A stretch of 64,000 nucleotides of DNA from an uncultured Candidatus Rokubacteria bacterium (GTDB lineage: Bacteria; Methylomirabilota; Methylomirabilia; Rokubacteriales; DASRDR01): positions 1,120,001 to 1,184,000 of the forward strand of contig CAWGVS010000006.1 in the NCBI GenBank assembly GCA_963826115.1, in the 5' to 3' direction. The translations under genes were made by a program, and so were the position numbers. Position 1 is the first letter of the stretch, and every line of letters starts with the position of its first letter. The notes under the pieces were generated by a model, which did no database searches, was not told the origin of the DNA, and worked only from the letters and a program-made list of their open reading frames with translations. Positions 1 through 9,221 of this stretch are shown piece after piece.

Positions 1-196
1 CATCGGTGTCCTCCTTGCAAATGGTGCGCTCGGGGTCCGGACGCGGGTGGCGGGCGCTCCAGGCCCGCTCAAAGATCTGCGAAATTGCTGGCATTGCACC
101 ACGGGGCCTTCCGGGGTGTCAAGGCCGGCGAGGGCCGCCGCGCGCGGTCCGCGTGATGCGGTCCGCGTGATGTAGTCTGACGGGCGGGAGGTGGCG

Positions 197-2044
197 ATGA
201 CCGGGTACGGTGGAAGAACGCTGCACGTGGACCTCACGACCGGGCGCGCGGAGGTCCGTCCCCTCGACGAGGGCACCGCGCGGGCCTTCCTGGGCGGGAA
301 CGGGCTGGCCGCCCGGCTTCTCTGGGAGGCGGCCGTGCCGGGCGTCGACGCGTTCGATCCCGCCAACCCCGTCGCCCTGGCCGTCGGCCCGATCACGGAC
401 ACCATCGTTCCGGGCAACAGCCGCGCGTGCGTCGCCACCAAGTCGCCCCAGACCGGCCTCTTCTTCGACTCGACGTTCGGCGGGCGGTTCCCGGCCATGC
501 TGAAGCGCACGGGCTTCGACGCCGTCGTCGTGACCGGCCGCGCCGCGCATCCGGTCTACCTCGCGGTCGACGAGGACGGCGCGACGGTCAAGGACGCGCG
601 AGACGTCTGGGGCAAGACGACCCGCGACACCGTGGACGCGATCCAGGCCGCCGACGGCGCCGAGACCGACGTGCTGGCCATCGGCCCGGCGGGAGAGCAC
701 CGTGTCCGCTTCGCGTGTCTCGCCCACTACTGGAAGAACCGCGAGGGCGTGGCCGGACGCGGGGGGATCGGCGCCGTCTGGGGCTCGAAGCACCTCAAGG
801 CGGTGACGGTTCGGGGCGCCCGGAAGACGGGGGTCGCCGATCCCGCTCGGCTCAAGCGGCTGGTCGACGAGACGCGCGAGCCGATGAAGAAGGGCACCGC
901 GAACCTCTCGACGTACGGGACGCCGTTCCTCACCGGGCCCATCAATGCGATCGGCGCGCTCGGCGCCTACAACCTCCAACACGAGACCTTCGCCGACTGG
1001 GAGGTGATCGACGGCCGGTCGCTGAAGGAGCACTACCACGACCGCGACACCACGTGCCTGAAGTGCCCGGTGGCCTGCGGCAAGCAGTTCGCCGTGCCCG
1101 CCGACGTGCCGGCCTACGGCGGGGTGCGAGGCAAGATGCCGGAGTACGAGACGATCTTCGCCTTCGGCTCGATGCTCGGCAACGCCAACGCTCCCAGCAT
1201 CATCCACGCGAACATCCTGTGCGACCTCCTCGGGCTCGATTCGATCTCCATGGGGGTGACGCTCGCCTTCGTGGCCGAGTGCCTGGAGCGCGGTCTTCTG
1301 ACCCCCGCCGACGTGGGCGGGCCGTTCGGATGGGCGGACCACGAGGGGATGATCCGGCTCGTCGAGCAGACCGCGCGGCGCGAGGGGTTCGGGGATCGGC
1401 TTGCCGAGGGCTCGTGGCGGCTGGCCCGGGAGATCGGTCGCGGGGCCGAGCGGCTCCCCTACGCCGTGAAGGGGCTCGAGCTGCCGGCCCACTCGGCGCG
1501 CGCGCTCAAGGGCATGTCCATCGGCTACGCGACGGCGACCCGCGGCGGGAGCCACCATGACACGCGCCCCACGCCCCAGTACGCGCAGGGGTTCGACCGA
1601 CGCTCCACCGCCGACAAGCCGGCGTTCGCCGCCAAGAGCCAGCACTTCACCGCCGTCGACGACAGCCTCGTCATGTGCCGCTTCACCTCCGAGCGGGGAT
1701 TCGGGCTCTTCCTGAACGAGGCCTACGCGGGGCTCCTGTCGTCGGTGACGGGGTGGACGGTCGACGTGCCCGAGCTCGAGCGGATCGGCGAGCGAATCGT
1801 CAACCTCGAGCGGCTCTTCAACGTCCGTGAGGGCGTCCGCCGGAAGGACGACGTGCTGCCGTGGAAGGTGATGCACGAGCCGATCCCCGACGGGCCGTCG
1901 GCCGGGATGCACTGCCCGCCCGAGGAGCTCGATGAGATGCTCGACGCCTACTACGCGCTCCGGGGCTGGGACGCCGACGGCGTGCCGACGCGGGAGCGCC
2001 TGACCGACCTCGGCCTCGACGCGGTGCCGGGCGTGCTCGGGTAG
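197..2044 (+). CDS. aor: Aldehyde:ferredoxin oxidoreductase family protein (tungstopterin AOR/WOR)
   Basis: N-terminal GYGGRTLHVDLT, FLGGNGLAARLL, KSPQTG, AGRGGIGAVWGSKHLKAV, Cys motif CLKCPVAC, YETI, C-terminal YYALRGWDADGVP. GGAGG precedes ATG 197 (ORF track starts at GTG 191). Confidence 0.92.
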   Translation: MTGYGGRTLHVDLTTGRAEVRPLDEGTARAFLGGNGLAARLLWEAAVPGVDAFDPANPVALAVGPITDTIVPGNSRACVATKSPQTGLFFDSTFGGRFPAMLKRTGFDAVVVTGRAAHPVYLAVDEDGATVKDARDVWGKTTRDTVDAIQAADGAETDVLAIGPAGEHRVRFACLAHYWKNREGVAGRGGIGAVWGSKHLKAVTVRGARKTGVADPARLKRLVDETREPMKKGTANLSTYGTPFLTGPINAIGALGAYNLQHETFADWEVIDGRSLKEHYHDRDTTCLKCPVACGKQFAVPADVPAYGGVRGKMPEYETIFAFGSMLGNANAPSIIHANILCDLLGLDSISMGVTLAFVAECLERGLLTPADVGGPFGWADHEGMIRLVEQTARREGFGDRLAEGSWRLAREIGRGAERLPYAVKGLELPAHSARALKGMSIGYATATRGGSHHDTRPTPQYAQGFDRRSTADKPAFAAKSQHFTAVDDSLVMCRFTSERGFGLFLNEAYAGLLSSVTGWTVDVPELERIGERIVNLERLFNVREGVRRKDDVLPWKVMHEPIPDGPSAGMHCPPEELDEMLDAYYALRGWDADGVPTRERLTDLGLDAVPGVLG

Positions 2045-2076
2045 GACCGGTCGGGCCGCGGGGCGCGCCGGGCGCC

Positions 2077-2466
2077 CTAGCAGCGGTTCGCGTCGTCGAT
2101 GACGAGGGTGACGAGCCCGGTCGACGGCTCGTACCGGAAGTCGTTCCCCTCGCACTGGAAGGTCGGCGGCGGGTTCAGGAGCGTCGCCACCACGTCCTTG
2201 CTGGGCGGGTAGCCGCCGTGCTGGCCGAAGTAGAGCTGGAGCGAGGTCCGGATCGCGGCCACGGTCGCGCGGTCGGCGGCGAGCCGCGCCGCGGACAGCG
2301 GCTTCTGCTGCTGGATGGTCTCGATGGTCTTCGTCGTCGACACGAAGTACTGGTAGAGGAAGGCGCCGGCGATGGCCAGGATCACCACCACCACGAGGAT
2401 CTCGACCAGCCCGAAGCCCGACTGACTCCGCGCGGCGCGAGACGTGGGCGCGCTGAGCCGCTGCAC
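2077..2466 (-). CDS. Prepilin-type N-terminal cleavage/methylation protein (type IV pilin/pseudopilin-like)
   Basis: Class III signal SQSG|FGLVEILVVVVILAIAGAF (G-1, F+1, E+5); two C-terminal Cys. GTG 2466 lies 6 nt after a CAAGAT -10. Confidence 0.8.
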   Translation of the reverse strand: MQRLSAPTSRAARSQSGFGLVEILVVVVILAIAGAFLYQYFVSTTKTIETIQQQKPLSAARLAADRATVAAIRTSLQLYFGQHGGYPPSKDVVATLLNPPPTFQCEGNDFRYEPSTGLVTLVIDDANRC

Positions 2467-2472
2467 GCCGCC

Positions 2473-2502
2473 ATCTTGAGTCGGAGCGTCGGCGGGTGTC
2501 AA
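2473..2502 (-). promoter_or_regulatory. sigma70-type promoter TTGACA-N18-CAAGAT for the pilin-like gene (leaderless)
   Basis: Minus strand TTGACA at 2502-2497 and CAAGAT at 2478-2473, then GTG at 2466. Confidence 0.55.
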
Positions 2503-3268
2503 GAAAAGCGCGCCCCGACCGCGTGCCCGACGAAGATGACGCCGGCCGCCGTCATGATCGCCACCGCCGTCCATCCCAGGAGGTTCAGCCAGAAGCCGTT
2601 CGTCGCCTCGCCCATGATCCGGCGGCTCCGGCCCACCAGCATCACGAGGACCAGGAGGGGCGGGGCCAGGAGCCCGTTGACCAGCGCGGCCAGGAAGAGG
2701 AGGCGGATGGGGTCGAGGCGCAGGCCGTCGAGCAGCACCCCGCCCAGGATCGCCGCCGCCATGACCAGGTAGAAGCGCCGCCCGCGCCGGGGCGGCAGGT
2801 CGAGCCCGCTCCGCCATCCGAAGGTCTCCGAGACCGCGTAGGACGCGGAGCCCGCGAGCACGGGGATCGCCAGGAGGCCGGTGCCGACGATTCCCAGCGT
2901 GTACAGGAGGTAGGCGGCGTCTCCCGCCAGCGGCCGGAGCGCCTCGGCGGCCTGCCGGCTGGACGCGACGTCGCCGAGGCCCGCGCGGTGGAGCGTCGAC
3001 GCCGTGGTCAGCATGATGCAGTACATGACGAGGTTGGAGAACACCATCCCGGTCGTGACGTCGACGCGGGCCTCGCGGAGCTCGGCCGCGGTGGCGCCGC
3101 GGCGCCGAGCGACGCGCCGGCGATCGAGTAGGTGGCGATGCCGCTCGGATCGTCGTCCGAGGCGCCCGTGACGAGACCGGGCCCGAGGGCGGCGAGGTAC
3201 GCGGCGGCCCCCCGGCGGCCGGCCCGGGCCGGCCCCGCGGCCTGGCCTCGCCGAGCGGGCCAGGCCAC
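2499..3268 (-). pseudogene. NRAMP/MntH-family divalent metal transporter with internal deletion and frameshift
   Basis: The N-terminal motif LGPGLVTGASDDDPSGIATYSIAGASLG is in one frame. It joins directly at about 3104-3107 to the C-terminal half (RRGATAAELREARVDVTTGMVFSN...GTGLLAIPVLAGS) in another frame. The central TM helices are missing. Confidence 0.8.
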
Positions 3269-3306
3269 GGGTACCGGGCCGCGCGGTCAGCGGCCCGCGG
3301 CGGCCG

Positions 3307-3735
3307 TCACTCGCCGACGATCTGGACCTGCAGCCTCCGGTCACGTGGGCCGTCCAGCTCCGCCAGGATGACGCTCTGGTACTGGCCGAGCAGGACGTCA
3401 CCGTCGGCCATGGCCAGGGCGATGGGCCGTCCCAGGAGCGTGGCGCGGAGATGCGCGTGCGCGTTGGCGCGGTCGCAGTCCGAGTACCGGGGATCGTCGT
3501 GGAGGTATCCGTCCCGACGCGGCACCAGCTTCTGCAGCACCGCGCCCAGGTCGTCGAGGAGCGCGGACTGGAACTCGTTGACGAAGACGGCGATCGTCGT
3601 GTGGAGCGAGTTGATCAGGAGGGTGCCGTTCTGGATGCCCGACCGGCTCACGACGTCCCGGACCTGCTTCGTGACGTCGAGGAACTGCTGGTTCTCCTCC
3701 GTGCGGACCTCGATCGTGTCGCGGAACACCTTCAT
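3307..3735 (-). CDS. yjbQ: YjbQ/UPF0047 family (secondary thiamine-phosphate synthase enzyme)
   Basis: SLHTTIAVFVNE, NAHAHLRATLLG and LGQYQSVILAELDGPRDR motifs; GGGAGG RBS before ATG 3735. Confidence 0.9.
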   Translation of the reverse strand: MKVFRDTIEVRTEENQQFLDVTKQVRDVVSRSGIQNGTLLINSLHTTIAVFVNEFQSALLDDLGAVLQKLVPRRDGYLHDDPRYSDCDRANAHAHLRATLLGRPIALAMADGDVLLGQYQSVILAELDGPRDRRLQVQIVGE

Positions 3736-3763
3736 CTGCGGCCTCCCTTGCCTCGATTCTGAT

Positions 3764-3850
3764 GACGTCCGGCTACGTGGGGTTTCCACGCGGCCCGACG
3801 TCGCTGCCTGCGACCTGGTCACCCGGGACTCTGCCCGACCGGGGCGGAGT
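3764..3850 (-). promoter_or_regulatory. Two RNA hairpins in the uORF-yjbQ intergenic leader
   Basis: Inverted repeats at 3828-3850 (ACTCTGCCC/GGGCGGAGT, abutting the uORF stop) and at 3764-3802 (GACGTC...CGTGG/CCACG...GACGTC). Confidence 0.5.
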
Positions 3851-4147
3851 TCAGGCGGCGGGCGGTCCCCGCGGCAGCCACCGAGGGAGGGGAGTCGGAT
3901 CGGGCAGGATTGCCGGGGGCCCGTGCCCCACGAGGGCCGCGCCCGAGTCCCGGCTCGCGTCGACGAACGTCGCGAGCGGGACGACGACCGTGAGCGCCGC
4001 GATCGCCGTGGCGGGGCCGGGAAGCGCGAATGCGGTCTCCGGTGCCGGCGTGAAAGCAAGGACTTGACCCAGTCCGAGATGCTGGACGACCAGAAGGATG
4101 ATGGCAATTCGGCCTGCCCGGGTCAGCCCCAGTCCCCTGAGCTGCAT
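3851..4147 (-). CDS. Small signal-peptide/TM protein ending in RGPP (candidate arrest peptide/uORF)
   Basis: MQLRGLGLTRAGRIAIILLVVQHLGLGQVLA...LPRWLPRGPPAA*. TATACT -10 lies 7 nt before ATG 4147. Confidence 0.6.
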   Translation of the reverse strand: MQLRGLGLTRAGRIAIILLVVQHLGLGQVLAFTPAPETAFALPGPATAIAALTVVVPLATFVDASRDSGAALVGHGPPAILPDPTPLPRWLPRGPPAA

Positions 4148-4153
4148 GGCCTC

Positions 4154-4180
4154 CAGTATATGCACAGGTGCGATATACTG
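4154..4180. promoter_or_regulatory. Palindrome carrying divergent TATACT -10 boxes
   Basis: CAGTATATGCAC-AG-GTGC-G-ATATACTG; TATACT on minus at 4160-4155 and on plus at 4174-4179. Confidence 0.6.
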
Positions 4181-4227
4181 CTCGCAGTCGGGACACCCGA
4201 TTCGCGAGCCGCCGACCGGAGGGTTCC

Positions 4228-4548
4228 ATGCCGCTCTACATCATGCTGTCCTCCCTGTCCGAGACGGGTCGCCAGGTGCTGCGCAAGCTCCCCGGCTCGA
4301 TCCGGAAGGTCAACGCCGAGGTCGGCCGGATGGGGGTCCGGGTCGTGGCCCAGTACGCGGTCCTCGGCCCCTACGACTTCGTCACCGTGCTCGAAGCGCC
4401 GGACAACGAGACCGTCTCGCGGGTCTCCGTGGAGCTCGGCGCCCGGGGTTCGGTCCAGATGATGACGATGCCCGCCATCCCGGTGGACGACTTCATCAGG
4501 CAACTGGCCAGCCGGCCCCGCCGTCGCGGCGCGCGCCGCCGCCGCTGA
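4228..4548 (+). CDS. GYD domain-containing protein
   Basis: MPLYIMLSSL...QYAVLGPYDFVTVLEAPD...ELGARGSVQMMTMPA; GGAGGG RBS. Confidence 0.88.
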   Translation: MPLYIMLSSLSETGRQVLRKLPGSIRKVNAEVGRMGVRVVAQYAVLGPYDFVTVLEAPDNETVSRVSVELGARGSVQMMTMPAIPVDDFIRQLASRPRRRGARRRR

Positions 4549-4603
4549 CCTGCGAGCCGCCCTGGCGCGCCGCCCGCGCCTGACCGCCGGGGCCGGCTGA
4601 TCC

Positions 4604-5929
4604 GTGCTCCTTCTTCCCGAGCGCTGCTTCGCCGCGGGCGCCCTCCACGACGGCTGGGCCGTCCGTGTCGAGGGGGGACGGATCGTGGCCGCGGGGCCCC
4701 GAGCGACGCTGCCGCCCGCGCCGGCCTCCTCGTCCGGAAGCGCGGAAGACGTCGTGTCGCTCCCCGGGCGGCTCCTCCTCCCCGGCGGCGTGAACGCCCA
4801 CAACCACTCCTTCCAGTCGCTTCTCCGGGGGTTCGGGGACGACCTCGACTTCATGGGCTGGCGCGACCGCGTCCTGTATCCGTTCTCGCGGCGGCTCGAC
4901 GCGCGGGGCATCGAGGTCGGGGCGGCGTTCGCGTTCGCCGAGATGCTGCGACACGGCATCACGACCGTCGTCGACTTCTTCTACGTGCAGGGCGGCGGCA
5001 ACGCGAACGCCGAGGCGGCCATCCGGGCGGCGAAGCGGGTCGGGATCCGGCTCGTGCTGGCGCGCGCCTTCTACGACTGGACGGGCGCGCCCCCGGAGTA
5101 CCGCGAGACGATCGCCGAGGCGAGTGACCGCTGTCGCGAGCTGATGGTCCGGTACGCCGGCGACCCGACGGTGAGCGTCCAGCCGGCGCCCCACAGCCTC
5201 CACGCCGCGTCCCCCGAGATGATCCGCGCGGCGGCGGCGGTCGCGGAGGACGCCGGCGTGCCGTTTCACATCCACGTCGCGGAGTACCGCGCCGAGCGCG
5301 AGCAGGTCGAGGCCCGGCATGGCGTCACCCCGGTGCGCTTCCTCGACCGCCTCGGCGTCCTGAGCCCCCGGCTGATCGGCGTCCACTGCGTGTGGCTGGA
5401 CGGCGGCGAGGTGGAGCTCATGGCCGAGCGGGGCGCGCGCGTTGCGTACTGCCCCTCGTCGAACATGATCCTGGGTGACGGGGTGACCCGGCTCAGGGAG
5501 ATGCGCGCGCTCGGCGTGCCCGTCGCCCTCGGCACGGACGGCGGCTGCACCAACAACCGGCTGTCGATCTTCGAGGAGATGCGGATGGCGGCCCTCCTCC
5601 AGAAGGTGACGCATCTCGACGGGACCGCCTTCGGCGCCGAGGAGGCGTTCCGGCTCGGGACGCTCGGCGGCGGTGAGGTGCTCGGCCTTCCGGTGGGGGA
5701 GATCGCGCCCGGCCGGCTCGGGGACCTGGTGGCCCTCGACCTCGGCCATCCGTCGCTCCATCCGCCGAACGCGCTCATGAAGAACGTGGTCTACGCGCTG
5801 TCGCCCCAGGCGATCACCGACGTGTGGGTGCACGGGCGCCGGGTGGTCCAGGACGGACGGCTCGCGACGCTCGACGAGGCGGCGCTCCTCCGCGAGGTGC
5901 GGACGCTCACGAGCGACTGGCGGATCTGA
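4604..5929 (+). CDS. Amidohydrolase family (SsnA/MtaD/guanine deaminase-like)
   Basis: PGGVNAHNHSFQ metal motif, HIHVAE, VHCV, CPSSNMILGDG, LGTDG. Confidence 0.9.
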   Translation: MLLLPERCFAAGALHDGWAVRVEGGRIVAAGPRATLPPAPASSSGSAEDVVSLPGRLLLPGGVNAHNHSFQSLLRGFGDDLDFMGWRDRVLYPFSRRLDARGIEVGAAFAFAEMLRHGITTVVDFFYVQGGGNANAEAAIRAAKRVGIRLVLARAFYDWTGAPPEYRETIAEASDRCRELMVRYAGDPTVSVQPAPHSLHAASPEMIRAAAAVAEDAGVPFHIHVAEYRAEREQVEARHGVTPVRFLDRLGVLSPRLIGVHCVWLDGGEVELMAERGARVAYCPSSNMILGDGVTRLREMRALGVPVALGTDGGCTNNRLSIFEEMRMAALLQKVTHLDGTAFGAEEAFRLGTLGGGEVLGLPVGEIAPGRLGDLVALDLGHPSLHPPNALMKNVVYALSPQAITDVWVHGRRVVQDGRLATLDEAALLREVRTLTSDWRI

Positions 5930-5992
5930 TCACCCACGGTCAGTCGTCGCGGATCGACGTCCGCGGTCCGCCCTTGCTGAGCCGCTCCGCGG

Positions 5993-6021
5993 TTGACAGT
6001 CGCACGGGCGGCGCTTAGCTT
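5993..6021 (+). promoter_or_regulatory. sigma70 promoter TTGACA-N17-TAGCTT
   Basis: Perfect -35 at 5993-5998, 17-nt spacer, -10 at 6016-6021; in-frame GTG 7 nt downstream at 6029. Confidence 0.7.
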
Positions 6022-6028
6022 GCTAGGG

Positions 6029-7615
6029 GTGTCGTGCGACCAGCGTGGCGCGAGGCCACGATTCTGCCGATGGAGTGTCCTGGCCCTCGTTCTCCTCTCG
6101 GTAGGCTGGGTTGAACCGACGCCCGCGCAGGAACGAGTCGCGCCACGGAAGGGCGGCGTCCTCAAGGTCGCCCTGAATGCCGAGCCTCCCTCGCTCGATC
6201 TCCAATGGAGCACCGCACTGGCCACGCAGCAGATCGGGTGGCACATCTACGAGACGCTGTACACCCTCGATCGGCAGTTCAATCCCATCCCGCTCCTCGC
6301 CGAAGGCCACACCGTCTCCGATGGCGGCCGGCAGTACGTCATCAGGCTCCGCCGTGGAGTGCGATTCCACAACGGCCGCGAGATGACGTCGGCCGACGTC
6401 GTGGCCTCGCTCCGGCGATGGGGCCGCGTCTCCGCCGTCGGCAAGCTGGTGTGGTCGTCCGTCGTGTCCGCCGAGCCGTCCGGGCCTCACGCCATCACGC
6501 TGAGCCTCCGCGAGCCGTCGCACTCGCTCCTGAGCGTCCTCGCCCGGCCCGTCAACGCGGCGGCGATCCATCCCCAAGAGGTCATCGAGGCTGCGGGAGA
6601 CGGGCCGATCCGGGAGTTCATCGGCACGGGTCCCTTCCGCTTCGTCGAGCACCGACCCGATCAGTACGTTCGCGTGGCGCGCTTCGACGACTACGCGGCT
6701 CGATCCGAGCCGCCCGACGGCTACGGCGGCCAGCGCACCGCGTACGTGGACCAGATCCTCTTCATGCCGGTGACCGAGGCGTCTACGCGGCTGAATGGCG
6801 TCGAGAGCGGGGAGTACCACTACGCGCACCAGATCGCCCCCGAGTCCTACGAGCGCGTGCTCCGGAGCGCGGAGATCGAGGCGCAGATCGTGAAGCCCGC
6901 GATCTGGCCGGCGGTGGTCCTCAACCATCGCCAGGGGCTCATGACGTCGAAGAAGATCCGGCAGGCGTTCCAGGTGGCGCTCGACATGGAGCCGATACTG
7001 GCCGCCGGCATCGGCCACCGGGCCTTCTACCGGGTGGACGGCGGGCTGTTCTTTCCCGAGCAGCCCCTCTGGCGCTCGACCGGCGGCCTCGCCGCCTACG
7101 ATCAGAAGAATCGCGCGAAGGCGAGCCAGTTGCTCCGGGAGGCCGGCTACCGCGGCGAGCCGGTCCGCTGGCTGACCACGCGGGACTACGAGCACATGTA
7201 TCGGACCGCGGTCGTGGTCAAGCAGCAGGTCGAGGACGCGGGATTCGTCGTCGACCTGCAGGTCGTGGACTCGGCGACGATGATCAAGCGCCGGAGCGTG
7301 CCCGAGCTGTTCGACGCCTTCTCGACGGCGTTCGGCTTCAGCCCGGACCCGGCTCTGAGCTCGGCTCTCGCCTGCGCCTGGCCGGGCTGGTGGTGCAACG
7401 AGGAGAAGGAGCGCCTGCTCCGCCAGGTCAATCGAACGGGCGACCTCCGCGAGCGACAGGCGCTGATGGACAAGATCCAGGTGCTGTTCTATGAGGACGT
7501 CGGTCGGGTCAAGCTCGGTGACGCCTTCTGGCTCGACGTCTCCCGCAAGGAGGTGCGCGGCGTGCGCGCGACCTACGATCTCGCCTTCTGGAACGTGTGG
7601 CTTGCCGCGCCCTGA
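6029..7615 (+). CDS. ABC transporter substrate-binding protein (family 5, DppA/OppA-like)
   Basis: Signal peptide; KGGVLKVAL, EPPSLD, IYETL, LRRGVRFHNG, GTGPFRF. Start placed at GTG 6029 because the ORF-track TTG is the -35 box. Confidence 0.9.
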   Translation: MSCDQRGARPRFCRWSVLALVLLSVGWVEPTPAQERVAPRKGGVLKVALNAEPPSLDLQWSTALATQQIGWHIYETLYTLDRQFNPIPLLAEGHTVSDGGRQYVIRLRRGVRFHNGREMTSADVVASLRRWGRVSAVGKLVWSSVVSAEPSGPHAITLSLREPSHSLLSVLARPVNAAAIHPQEVIEAAGDGPIREFIGTGPFRFVEHRPDQYVRVARFDDYAARSEPPDGYGGQRTAYVDQILFMPVTEASTRLNGVESGEYHYAHQIAPESYERVLRSAEIEAQIVKPAIWPAVVLNHRQGLMTSKKIRQAFQVALDMEPILAAGIGHRAFYRVDGGLFFPEQPLWRSTGGLAAYDQKNRAKASQLLREAGYRGEPVRWLTTRDYEHMYRTAVVVKQQVEDAGFVVDLQVVDSATMIKRRSVPELFDAFSTAFGFSPDPALSSALACAWPGWWCNEEKERLLRQVNRTGDLRERQALMDKIQVLFYEDVGRVKLGDAFWLDVSRKEVRGVRATYDLAFWNVWLAAP

Positions 7616-9221
7616 AATCGTCGACGATGTCCTGATCGGGGTGCGGTTCCTCCGGGGCTTCCCCGGATTTCTCCGTCATCCCATCGATCCACCGCGGGCC
7701 CGCCAGATCCTCGATCGGCGCTTCAGAGAGCGCGCGGCGGGCTTCCTTACCGTCGTGCGCGAGGGCGCGTATCGACGCCCCGGCAGCCCCTATCACCGTC
7801 TCCTGACGGCCGCCGGCTGCGAGTACGGAGACCTCGAGCGGCTCGCGCGCCAGGAGGGTGTGGATGGCGCGCTGGAGAGGCTCCTGCGCGAGGGCGTTTA
7901 CGTGACGCTCGACGAGTTCAAGGGGCGGCGCCCCATCGTGCGCGGGTCCGTGACCTTCACCACCGACCCGACGCAGTTCCGCAACCCCATGTCGGGAGCC
8001 CACGTCGCGTTCCCCTCCGGCGGAAGCCGTGGCAAGGCCACCCCGATCCTCTTCGATTTCGCGTTCATCCGGGATCTCAGCGTCAACACCTGCGTCATCC
8101 TGAGCGAGCTCGGCGGGCTGGGGTGGACGCGGGCATGCTGGGACGTCCCAGGCAGCGGCGTGATGATCCGCGTCCTCGACTTCGCCAGCCTCGGCCTGCG
8201 CCTGGACCGCTGGTTCTCGTACGTCGACCCGGGACTCCCGAGCCTCCCGCGACGCTACCGCTGGAGCTTCCGGACGGTGTGCTGGGGCAGCCGGATGGCG
8301 GGCCGTCCGATCCCGCACCCGGTTCACGTGCCGCCCGACGACCCGCTGCCGGTCGCGCGATGGATGACGTCCGTGCTCCAGGGGGGCGGCACGCCGCATC
8401 TCCTCACGTATGCGACCTCGGCGGTGCGGCTGTCGCAGGCCGCGATCGGGGCGGGGCTGGACCTGCACGGCGCGCGCATCTGGGTGGGCGGCGAGCCCTT
8501 GACGCCGGCCCGCGCGGCGAGCATTCGCCAGTCCGGCGCCCACCCGTTCACGCGGTACGCCACCATGGAATCGGGCGCCATCGCGGCGAACTGTTTTTCC
8601 CCGGAGACCTCCGACGACGTCCACGTGTACGAGGACCTCCACGCGGTGATTCAGCCGGACGCCGCGGCGTCCGGCGTCGGAGTTCCCGCGGACGCCCTGT
8701 TCGTTTCGTCGATCCGGCCCACGGCCCCCCTTATCCTGATCAACGCCTCGACCGGGGACCGGGCGATGCGCTCGAAGCGCGCGTGCGGCTGCCCGCTGGA
8801 GCGGCGGGGGTGGACAACTCACCTGCGCAGCATCCGTAGCTTCGAGAAGCTCACGGCCGGCGGCATGACCTTCCTGGATGCGCACGTGGTCCAGGTGCTC
8901 GAGGAGACGCTCCCCGCGCGCTTCGGCGGCGGTCCGACGGACTACCAGCTCCTCGAGGACGAGACCGCCAGCGGGCACCCTCGACTCCGGCTGCTCGTCC
9001 ACCCCCGGCTGTCCGGCATCGACCCGGCGGACGTGGTCCGCGTCTTCCTCGAGTCGCTCGGCGCCGGTTCCGCGCCGGAGCAGATGATGGAGCGCGTCTG
9101 GCAGGACTCCGCGTTCGTCACGGTCGAGCGCGCCGTCCCGCGCGTCACGGCGGCGGGCAAGGTCCAGCACGTTCACGTCGAGCGAGGGCCCGCGGTCCAG
9201 CGGGCGGGGAGCGCGCGATGA
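7602..9221 (+). CDS. Phenylacetate-CoA ligase (PaaK)-like adenylate-forming protein, divergent
   Basis: SGGSRG P-loop-like motif, GGEPLT, YATMESG, INASTGD, CGCP, TAAGKV. Start uncertain (TTG 7602 overlaps the SBP stop). Confidence 0.65.
   Translation: MPRPEIVDDVLIGVRFLRGFPGFLRHPIDPPRARQILDRRFRERAAGFLTVVREGAYRRPGSPYHRLLTAAGCEYGDLERLARQEGVDGALERLLREGVYVTLDEFKGRRPIVRGSVTFTTDPTQFRNPMSGAHVAFPSGGSRGKATPILFDFAFIRDLSVNTCVILSELGGLGWTRACWDVPGSGVMIRVLDFASLGLRLDRWFSYVDPGLPSLPRRYRWSFRTVCWGSRMAGRPIPHPVHVPPDDPLPVARWMTSVLQGGGTPHLLTYATSAVRLSQAAIGAGLDLHGARIWVGGEPLTPARAASIRQSGAHPFTRYATMESGAIAANCFSPETSDDVHVYEDLHAVIQPDAAASGVGVPADALFVSSIRPTAPLILINASTGDRAMRSKRACGCPLERRGWTTHLRSIRSFEKLTAGGMTFLDAHVVQVLEETLPARFGGGPTDYQLLEDETASGHPRLRLLVHPRLSGIDPADVVRVFLESLGAGSAPEQMMERVWQDSAFVTVERAVPRVTAAGKVQHVHVERGPAVQRAGSAR

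Noticed and set aside
144-171. 14-bp tandem duplication GCGGTCCGCGTGAT x2 upstream of aor
   Set aside because: Only two copies and no spacer structure; not a CRISPR array, and no function can be supported.
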